Source of the DNA: Candidatus Omnitrophota bacterium
GTDB lineage: Bacteria; Omnitrophota; Omnitrophia; Omnitrophales; Aquincolibacteriaceae
Assembly: GCA_903856085.1 (NCBI GenBank)
Contig: CAIOAT010000047.1
Span: 20,634 to 84,633, forward strand
DNA: 64,000 bases
Direction of reading: 5' to 3'
Position numbers and translations under genes: made by a program. Numbering within the stretch: position 1 is the stretch's first letter; the number at the start of each line of letters is the position of its first letter. A model generated the notes under the pieces. It saw only the letters and a program-made list of their open reading frames with translations, ran no database searches and was not told the origin of the DNA. Positions 50,837 through 60,200 of the stretch are shown here, in pieces.

Positions 50837-52894
50837 CAATTTTTCAGACCTGAACATTTAATTTTTTTATGGTTGGTGCCGACGGTACTGGCCTTCTATG
50901 TCTTTTCGCGAAGGCTATGGCAAAAGCGCATGCATCGGTTGGTTCAGGATGAAACACTCCTTTCCAAATTGATCGAGGGTTACAGGAAAAGCGAGTGGCT
51001 TATCCGTACGATTCTCATGACGCTTGCCGTGCTTTGTCTCGTGCTCGCGCTCGCACGTCCTCAATGGGGCGACGAAAAACGGAGGGCCCAGCGCAAGGGC
51101 GTAGACATCATTTTCATGGTCGACACATCTCTGAGCATGCTTGCAGAGGATATTAAGCCCAACCGCCTCGAAAAAGCCAAGTTTGAGATCGAAACCTTTA
51201 TCCGCAACCTTCGCGGCGACCGTATTGGCATGGTTACTTTTGCAGGTTCGGGATTTCTCCAAACACCGCTGACGCTCGATCATGCAGCCTTTCTCCTGTT
51301 TCTGGATGCCGTTCAAGTGGGATTTCTTCCGGATCCCGGGACATCACTCGTCCAAGCCTTCCAGTTGGCTTTGCGTGCCTTTCCCGAAAAGGAGCTCAAA
51401 TACAAAGCCTTGATCCTCTTTACGGACGGGGAAGACCATGAAGGCGGAATTGAAAAGACTATCGAAGAGGCCAAGCAGGCTAATATCAGGATCTATTGCG
51501 TAGGCCTTGGAACGGCGGAAGGGGAGCCCATCCCCCTCAAGAACGAAAGAGGGGAGCGATCGGGATTCAAGAAGGATCGAAATGGGCAAATGGTGCTCAC
51601 ACGGCTCAACCAGCCGCTTCTCGAACGGCTCGCCAAAGAAACGGGCGGGATCTACCTTCCCGCTTCGCCGTCAGAAAAAGAGGTCGATGTCATCTTAAAA
51701 CATCTTCGTGGGTGGGGAGAGCAGCAATTCGCAGAAAAAATGGTGGTGGAGCGCGAAGACCAATACCAAGGGTTCCTGATCCTCGCCCTAATCTTTCTGG
51801 CTGCCGAAATGCTTATCCGACGAAAAAACAGCAAAAGTCCGGCCTTGATGGCCTGCCTCGCTGTCTTTTTCCTTTTCACGGGATTTCTTGAGACCTCACA
51901 GGGTACGGTCAAAAAAGGTAACGATCACTTTCAAAACAAGCGCTTTCAATCCGCCCTTGATGCCTACCGCAAGGTTCAGGTCAAGAATCCTGACGCTCCG
52001 GAAGTGCTCTATGATCTTGGAACAACGCTCTACAAAGTTGACTCTTTTCAAGAATCGGCCCAGGATCTCGAGACCGCTTCTAAAACCGCCCAGGATCCGC
52101 AGCTGAAAGCCCGCGCGCTCTACAACGCTGGGAACGTCCAGTACAGGCTCGGAAATTTCGAAAAGGCCATTGATTCCTATAAAAAGGCTCTCGCCCTGGA
52201 CCCGAACGACAAGGACGCCAAGTATAATCTCGAATTCCTTCAAAAACAGAAGAACAAGATTGATAAAAAGGACAAAGATAAGAAGAAAGACGATCAGAAA
52301 AAAGACAAACAAAAGAAAGAGCAGCAGAAGAATAAGCAGGACCAAAAAGATCAACAAGATCAAAAAGATCAGCAACAACAGCAGCAACCTAAGCCTCAGG
52401 ATCAGCAGGATCAAAAAGATCAGCAACAACAGCAGCAACCTAAGCCTCAGGATCAGCAGGATCAAAAAGATCAGCAGCAACAGCAGCAACCGAAGCCTCA
52501 GGATCAGCAAGATCAAAAAGATCAACAGCAACAGCAGCAACCGAAGCCTCAGGATCAGCAAGATCAAAAAGATCAGCAACAGCAACAACAGCCTAAGCCT
52601 CAGGATCAGCAAGATCAAAAAGATCAGCAACAGCAACAACAACAGCAGCAACCTAAGCCTCAGGACCAGCAGGATCAACAGAAGGAGCAAGAGGAACAGC
52701 AAAACCCGCCGGAGCAGCAGAAAAGCCCTCAAGATGAGAGCCAAGGGCAATCCAAACGTCCGCTCCAGGGGCAGATGAGCATGGATAATGCCCTCAACCT
52801 ATTGGATGCTCTGAAAGAATCTGAAAAAGAGCTTCAGGACCTCCGTCGTCCACCGGTTAACAAGAATCCGCCGCCGGTGGATAAAGATTGGTAA
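50834..52894 (+). CDS. BatB-BatC fusion: VWA domain, TM, TPRs and Gln-rich tail
   Basis: 'LARPQWG', MIDAS 'DTSLSM', 'FTDGED', TPRs 'ALYNAGNVQY...YKKALALDP.DKDAKYNL', Q/D/K-rich linker, terminal 'KDW'. Confidence 0.88.
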   Translation: MQFFRPEHLIFLWLVPTVLAFYVFSRRLWQKRMHRLVQDETLLSKLIEGYRKSEWLIRTILMTLAVLCLVLALARPQWGDEKRRAQRKGVDIIFMVDTSLSMLAEDIKPNRLEKAKFEIETFIRNLRGDRIGMVTFAGSGFLQTPLTLDHAAFLLFLDAVQVGFLPDPGTSLVQAFQLALRAFPEKELKYKALILFTDGEDHEGGIEKTIEEAKQANIRIYCVGLGTAEGEPIPLKNERGERSGFKKDRNGQMVLTRLNQPLLERLAKETGGIYLPASPSEKEVDVILKHLRGWGEQQFAEKMVVEREDQYQGFLILALIFLAAEMLIRRKNSKSPALMACLAVFFLFTGFLETSQGTVKKGNDHFQNKRFQSALDAYRKVQVKNPDAPEVLYDLGTTLYKVDSFQESAQDLETASKTAQDPQLKARALYNAGNVQYRLGNFEKAIDSYKKALALDPNDKDAKYNLEFLQKQKNKIDKKDKDKKKDDQKKDKQKKEQQKNKQDQKDQQDQKDQQQQQQPKPQDQQDQKDQQQQQQPKPQDQQDQKDQQQQQQPKPQDQQDQKDQQQQQQPKPQDQQDQKDQQQQQQPKPQDQQDQKDQQQQQQQQQPKPQDQQDQQKEQEEQQNPPEQQKSPQDESQGQSKRPLQGQMSMDNALNLLDALKESEKELQDLRRPPVNKNPPPVDKDW
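52349..52680 (+). repeat. Coding tandem repeat, 51-bp unit (PKPQDQQDQKDQQQQQQ), about 6 copies
   Basis: PKP codons begin at 52388, 52439, 52490, 52541, 52592 and 52652 (last interval 60 bp); units differ at synonymous sites. Confidence 0.95.
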
Positions 52895-53021
52895 TAAGCC
52901 TTACGCAACGCGCAGTATTGCGTTTGGCGAGAACCCTTTGTTTTCCACTTTCGCCGCGTGTCAGGATTGTCTTTATAAACTATAAAGCTGGCTTTTTTTA
53001 AGCCATCAAAGGAGAGAAGTC

Positions 53022-53468
53022 ATGAGCCTTATCGAGCAAATCGAAAAAGATATCATCGCAGCTATGAAAGCTAAGGAACCTGTTAAGGTCTCAACCTTAC
53101 GAATGCTTAAAAGCGCCCTTGGGAACCATCTGATCCAGGTCAAAAAAGACAAGCCAGAAGACGCGGATGTCCTCAGTATTATTGCTAAACAGGCGAAACA
53201 GCGTCGTGAAAGCGTTGAGAGTTTTGAGAAGGCTGGCCGCAAAGACCTTGCTGATAAAGAAAAGGACGAGTTAGCGATCCTGGAAACCTATTTGCCCAAG
53301 CAGTTGACTGACGAAGAGCTAGCGGGGGCAGTCCGAAATGCCATCGCTATATCAGGCGCTAAAAGCCCCGCAGACATAGGAAAACTCATGAAGGTCCTTA
53401 TGCCTTCTATTCAGGGTAAAGCCGATGGCAAACGCGTCCAGGACGCCGTAAAAGCCATCCTAAAGTAG
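53022..53468 (+). CDS. GatB/YqeY domain protein
   Basis: 'AMKAKE....LRMLKS', 'KQRRES...F..AGR.DL..KE..E..IL..YLP.QL', 'GKADG'. Confidence 0.93.
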   Translation: MSLIEQIEKDIIAAMKAKEPVKVSTLRMLKSALGNHLIQVKKDKPEDADVLSIIAKQAKQRRESVESFEKAGRKDLADKEKDELAILETYLPKQLTDEELAGAVRNAIAISGAKSPADIGKLMKVLMPSIQGKADGKRVQDAVKAILK

Positions 53469-53512
53469 CCTTCCGAATACCTTCTTGGCAAGGCCAGTTC
53501 TCCCTGGGAACT

Positions 53513-53540
53513 ACTTTACATAAGATACATTATAGGACGT
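53513..53540 (-). other. dif site (XerC/XerD chromosome dimer resolution site)
   Basis: Minus strand reads ACGTCCTATAA-TGTATC-TTATGTAAAGT: an 11-6-11 layout matching canonical dif, with a XerD arm of the TTATGT(T/A)AA type. It is intergenic and sits at the gene-orientation switch. Confidence 0.88.
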
Positions 53541-54242
53541 GAATACTTCAGACGAAGCGTTCCTCCTATAGGGTTAAAGCACTGTGCCTGGTCTTGTAAT
53601 TCGAGCAACCCGGAGCAAGTAAATGATATCGTCGCGATCAATCCGAGAAGGTCACCCTCAACAAATTACAAGCCCTGGTCAACTGAAACGGATTAGCGCA
53701 GACACCCGTCAGGGCTTCTCGAGACGAAGCGCATTTTCCCGCACAAATTTAACGCTTTTTCAATAGAGAGGCTTGAAACGGTTCCGGAAGATTGTTCTTA
53801 GGTGACCTCTGCCCCTCCCATTTCGGAGTCAAGGCTATAAATAATATACTCGGGACCTGCCCGGAGACTGCCACTGAACATCCTTGATCCTTTTTGGCCA
53901 TAGACGACCAAAGACCGGTTTTTATCGACAGGACAGATTCGGGAGGATTATTAGAGGAAAAATTGCCGCCCCAAGAGCCATTACCTCGTGCGAACATCCA
54001 CGACAGATTTCATCACATACTCAAAACGGCTGGCCCATAAACCGAAGGGCTTGTTCTTGCACAATTCTCTTATCAACCGTTCAGTTTTCATTTTTATTCG
54101 CCTGTCATTTCTGCGACGCTCAGAACTCAACGCGGATTTGCGCGGAATAAACCAAGGATTTCAAAGAAAGAATAGGAAGTTCTTTGGGTTTAATCAGGGG
54201 CTTTATAACCCCTCGAGGCTTTTAGAAAATCTCGGGTAAAGC

Positions 54243-57200
54243 TTATGCCGCTGTAGCGACGGACTTTTGGGCGGCAACCTCGCCAAGGAGGGCCTTCATG
54301 AATTGGTTGGCAAAGAATGCGGCGACAGCATAATCGTTACCGACTTTGGGATTCTTGATGCCGGCGTGATCGATCACCAGGTCAATTCCGATGGTCGCAA
54401 TGGCATTGGTCGCCGCGGCAAGGGATTGCCGTCCTTCAGGGGTTTCAGCCCACTCCGGAGGATAGACAAAGGTGCCTTTATATCCCTTGCTCTGAACAGC
54501 CTCGCGCACCTGATCCAAGCTTAACGCGTTGCCAAGGAAGATCACGTGCTCCGGACTCACGCCTCGCAGCTTCAACTTTGCAACGATCTCTGGGATCTCA
54601 GCACCGATCTTATCAGGAGCAATGACCCTGACCCCCGGAACATCCTCGAAATTCTTATCTCCTACGACAAACACGTAAGGATTCGTGCGGGCAGCCATAG
54701 CATCAAGGGTCTTCATTTTCTCGACACTGCCGTTCACGATGATCTGCTGGGCAATCTCGACCATTTTGGCGTCGAACGGCTGGAGGGTCTCGGACTTGTT
54801 CCTCGCCATACTCACGAGAGCTTTGATCAGATCGATCTGCGAGCGGATACTTGCCGCGAATTCGGGATCCTCAGTCGCTATCTCCGGGTGATTCGCAAGG
54901 AGCGACCCCATGAACGCCGCGGTATCCTCGTAGGCCAAAAATTCCTGCTCAAGATCACCGAGGCGTTGATTTTCAGGGAGCGCGTGCGAATTCTCATGGA
55001 CCATGCCCCACGCCAAGGTAAATTGCACGCGCCGCTCCAGATTTGCGAGTTCTAGCTTCGAAAGCGTCTCGGACGCCAAGGCTTTGGTATAATCCGCGAG
55101 CTTATCGCCATTCAGAACCACTCCGCCATTCCGGAAATAGCCGACATGCCCCTGGATCAGCTCGCGCTCTTCAGGCGTTGTAGCCATCTTCCAATTCGCG
55201 CCCGCCCAATGATTTCCCTTATAGTTCTTCGCCATATCATAAGCCGCTCTCGCCACCTTATCTGCTGAATTCAACTCCGCTGGGGCAACCTCGGACGCAG
55301 AAACTCTCTTCGCTTCAGATCGCGGAGCTTCGACGGATCTCAATACCTCCGGCTCGTCCCGTAGTTCCGCGCGCGGAGAGTTCATTTTTTCAACAGACTT
55401 TTGCATCACGACGGAGGCCGGGGCGATATAATCGATATACTCCCTGCCATCCTCCCCCTTACGCTCCCCTGCCTTCGAGAAACCAAGCCGCTCGTACAGC
55501 TTGATCGCCTTGGTGTTCTTGGGCTCGACGGAAAGGGCGATCGGGACGCTTGAGAAACCTCTTTCTGAAAGGTTCTTCGCAAGGCCGTAGATCATCGCCG
55601 TCCCGAGTCCTGAGCCTTGGGCGGCTTGGGCCACACCCACGTTATAAATATAAGCCATGTCCCCCTGAATCGGAGCCGCCAGGAGATACCCTTGCACCTT
55701 TCCGTTCACTTCATAAACCATGCTAAATCCAGAGGCCGCATCTGCCTGCAAGATTTTTGCGAAGGATTCGGCAGAAAAATCTGTCAGTTCGTTCTGTTTC
55801 CCGGTCTCATCACTGACAGCAATGGCTTGTCTGATCCGATCACCTGAGGCAGAATTGAGAGCCCTAAAACTTCCCGGGAGCCCCGTCTCTTTCATATTGA
55901 GCGTTTCATTTTTCACGAGTTCACCGCGGAATTTTGCTAAAAATTGAGCGCTGAACTTTTGAGCGTCGGATCCGGCGGCCAGCATGGGATCGGCCCCCAT
56001 TCTTCCCAGGATATCCATCGCGAACATAGCCAACTGCTCCTTGACCATCTTCGCCTCGTCCGCTGATAAAGAAAATCCCGCATAGCTCGTATCCGTCAGG
56101 TTGCGAGCAACCTTCTCCAGATACCCCGGCAAAAACTGAGTCGCGATCATTGAAATGTGGCTCGCGATCAGATGTTTTCTCTCAGCCTCCTGGGCCTGCA
56201 GATCCGTCATCTTTTGCATGGCAATCCACTCAGGAGAAGCAAAGATCTCGCGCAGGAATGAGTGCAATTCCGCACCGATCAGCGACGCTTTCTTAAACAT
56301 AAAATCCTGTTTATCCCGGAAGCCGTAGATCCTTCCGTCGTAATCGAAAGCATGAAGATTATCCAGATCATGACCTTCTTCGTGGATCGCCGTATGCTTT
56401 TCGTAATTATTCAGCATGAATGTGTAGCGCAGATACTGTTGAGGTTTGCCGAACGGTTCGCTTGCTCCAGATTCTCCATCTTCCATAAAGAAACCGGCCG
56501 GTAAATGCTGGGGATCAAGAATAATATTGCCGCCAACACCATTAGCTTTGGGCTGGAAGGAAGCGTGCATCAGGGTTTCTTCATTCAGCCCGTATCTTGA
56601 GATCAGATGATCCAGGGAATCATCCAGGTTCTCCAGAATCCATTTCACCGCTTCCCGTTTAACGTTGGCGTCTGTGGAGTTCAACTTTTGGAGCATTTGA
56701 TCTTTCTCACGGTGCTCAAGAATGCTGATCATGCCTCGCAGTCCGCGTAACTTTTGAGCCGCCGCATCCGATCCAAATACGGACGTCAGAGCGACTTTTA
56801 GAGAAAGCATCAGCGTGCTTTCGTAATCCGCCCAATTTCCGGCCGCGGCAAGCGCATCGAGGTCGTTTTTCGCAGCTTCGGACAGATAGGGATCGAGCAA
56901 CGGACGGAGAAGGCGCCAAGCGCTCGGACGGCCTGTTCCGGAAATCGCAGGGTTATTTTCCAGGGTCTCGATGACAAGCGCTAGAAGGGCATTCGCGTTC
57001 CGAGGATCAAGGTTTTTGATCATTTCCGGATCGAGCAATTCGCCCTCCGGCGTAAGGAACCGGATCGAAAAACGATCGGACAAGTATTTACGGCGGGACT
57101 GATCGCGCATAACTTCATCCCGCGAAACGGGAGCAAGGGTTCTTCGTATGCCGGGCTGACCCATCCTGAAATAAACGGCAGTCATTTCAGAGATGCAGTC

Positions 57201-60200
57201 GGACGTACCGCAAAAAACAAGTTCGTCCCAAGAGCGGATGTTCCGACCGTTCAAAGCCAGGCCGTTGCGCACCGCATCCGCATAATTTCCTTTAAGACTC
57301 GTCCGGACTTCGAAAGCGTATCTTTCAAACTCAGCACGGCTCGGATTCGTCAAAACGGTAAGCGACTGATCGGCGTGTCCTGCGGGCGATCTGAGCCGCA
57401 TCCGCTCCAAATCCATGGCGGCATAGAGGCGGTTCGCGGCATCGCGGCGAAGCAATGCCTGCGCCCAGTCAACGCGGCCTTCCGCGATAAGGTTATTGAT
57501 CAGCTCGGCTGTTTGTTGCGAGGTAAAATTCCTGGGAATAAAATAACCTCCCAGACCGTCCATGACAACCCGCATCAGGTCGTCTACGGACCTGAATTGA
57601 TGGAAAGCGATCAGGTCATCCAGGCTCGTCGCGTTGCGCCGTATCCGGGCTACGATCCCCGAAACAGTTATGTTGTGTGCCTGAAGAGCTGCAGCAAATT
57701 CCGTGCCTGGCTGATCCTGTTCCTTAAGGATATCCTCAAGCCGGAAGAGAGAATCAAGAGCTTGCTGAACTCTTTCTCTCATCGCGCGCGCAGCCTTCTC
57801 GCGCCAGCCCACGACGTAGCCGCTCGGGTTCTTCGGGTCAGTGTAGAGCCGAAGTTTTTCAACGATCTCTCGGCGATCGTAAATATGGGCCTCGTCCGGA
57901 TCGTAAACACGGCCGTGTTGTTGGGCATAGAAGGTCAGGAGCTCTTCTAAGAGATTCTGGTCTGTATCGCGGAAGTCAGATCCCTCGAGACCTCTGGGAT
58001 CATTAAAGTGGATCGTTTCATGCAACCATGACGGTTGATAGTACTGTTCGGACAGCAAGATCACAGGGAGTTTTTCAAAAATCGTCCCTTTGAAAGTGCC
58101 TACCGATTGGGTATTACTGCCAAACCATCCAGGGTTGGTAACAGGCATCCAGCCGGCGGCTCTAAGTTGTTTTTCAATCTTATAGGGCATCACAACCGAC
58201 AGCGTCGGATGGTCCGAAATATTCTCCTGGATCATATAGGCCCTGCGGTAGTACACCTCTTGCTCGCGGACGCTAAGGGACTCCCACATTTTCCCGTCCC
58301 TTTCAGCAAGAGATTTCGCGAAAGAAATAAATTCAGCGTCTCCCTTACGGAAAGCGAGTTCAGGAATAGGAACATCCAAGTTTTCCGATGGACTGGCCGT
58401 TACGACCTTGATGCCGATCAGCATTTCGGGCGTGATCGCGGAACCGGCCGGCATTTTAACGTTAAGAATTTTTGCCAGTTCTTCACGCGCTTTCAGATTC
58501 TCCGGAGAATTTTCGGGAGAATTCAATCCGTTCACGATCTGATCATTAATTTGATCGATAATACCTAGCCGCGCATTGAGCACATCCTCTGAAAGCTCAA
58601 GCGGCGGCTCGCCCACAAGCGTCACGGCACGATCCTTATTCCGGGCGAAATGCAGGATATCCGAGCGCAGGAAGTCCTGTCCTTTGCGACGATCGCGATT
58701 CTCCCGGTTGATCGACAGCAACAGGTCGGAAAGACCGGGCGCAATAGCATCCAGACGGCCTTGCATTTCCTCACGAAGTTTGCTGTCCATAATCGTTCGC
58801 GCTTTCTCGATCTCTGTGTAAGCCCTCCCGAATTTCACAACATCCTCAGTGGAGACACCGGCGATTTGCAGGGGCTCTACAGCCTTCTGGAGTTTCCCTT
58901 GAATCTCCTGCGCGGCAGCCGAATTTTTATCTTCGATGGCGCTGAGCTGTTCAAAAAGCGTCCGGATTTCCAGAAGCTGGAAAATCGTAAGATTGGTTTG
59001 TTTTCCGATCTGCTCGAGTTCCTTTTTCGCTTCGTTGCTTTCCTGCTCGACTTGTCTGACCACACTGTTGAGCTCGATCTCCGGCACCAGTTTTTCTCCG
59101 GCTTTAATGCGCTGCATGAGTTCAGCCTTAGGCGCATTCTGGATCGCCACGTAGGCAAGCATCAGCGCGGTCCAGGAATTGACCGGGACCTTTTGTTCGC
59201 GAATAGCCTTCATGATATCGCTCAGCACCATCTGGCGGCGAAACTCTGTCGAAAAGAACCCACCCACCACACGACCGAAAGCGCGGGAAATCATCATTAA
59301 GTTGCCAAATTCCCCTTTCTCGGTCCGGAACTTGTTGTCCCTCTTGATCAGCCATGTAGAAAGTGCGACACCCATTGCAAGGCCTGACGCCCACCCACTC
59401 ATGAAAACAAGGGCCGCCGGCAACAGAGGTGCCGCCAGGACCGAGACGAGCAAGGTAGGACCAAGAGTGACCGCAACCGCCAAGGTGGCGGCAACCAAAC
59501 CAAGTCCGATGCTGCCCGACGTCAGGAGCCCGTAATTACCGATCATGGTCGCTATCTTCCACGACCATTTCTGTCCCATCGTAAGCTCCGCTGCCAGGGC
59601 ATAGCGGCCCTGGTTGGACTGGAGATTCGCGATGACAGGTCTAAGATTCTCGAGAGCCGCGATTTCAGCTTTAAGTTTGGCATCATCGGCAGCTTCATCC
59701 ACGGGTTGGCCTTCTGCCTTCCTAGCCGCCTGGTCCTTCAGGGCTTTTTCGATAAGGGATTGGCGCATACTCGCCAAGACGTCGTCCACGCCAGTCTTGG
59801 ATCCCAGGCGCGCATCGACAAAATCGCGCTTCTGCTTGATGAGCTGATCGAGTTCTGTGAGGCTAAGCTTTAACACCTTTGGATTTTTCGCGGCATATTC
59901 CTGAAGCTCGTCGGCATTGCGATAAGCCGACTGATGATCCCAATGGATCACGTGAGCCAGGTTCAGGAACGCGAACATCGTCTTCCAGATGGCCGCTTCA
60001 TAGGCGGCCTCATCGCCAAACGCTTGCTTGTCCCCCACAAGCTTTATCGCCACTTTGCGCACATCGCCCAGGGAATCATAACGGGCTTTGCCAAACTGGA
60101 AAGCATCCATCAGCGAGACTCCAAGCACCGTTCCGAGAGTCACGGCAACAGCCGATCCCAGGAGCAGCGGTAGCAGCGCGACACCAAAGATAAGACCCGC

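Noticed and set aside
52349-52680. Possible CRISPR array
   Set aside because: No unique spacers; it is an in-frame coding tandem repeat, and there are no cas genes in the window.
51896-52750. 284-aa poly-Leu ORF on the minus strand (and the Ser/Ile/Lys-rich + frame ORF 52170-52778)
   Set aside because: Shadow frames of the CAG/CAA-rich Gln repeat in the batB-batC fusion.
53795-53880. Cobalamin-riboswitch-like words (gacctgcc, gccactg)
   Set aside because: The words occur in the wrong order, other core elements are missing, and no + strand gene lies downstream.
53749-54239. Short ORFs 53749-53997(-), 53884-54150(+), 53988-54239(+)
   Set aside because: They have TTG/GTG-type or weak starts, overlap each other and lack protein-like features; not called as genes.
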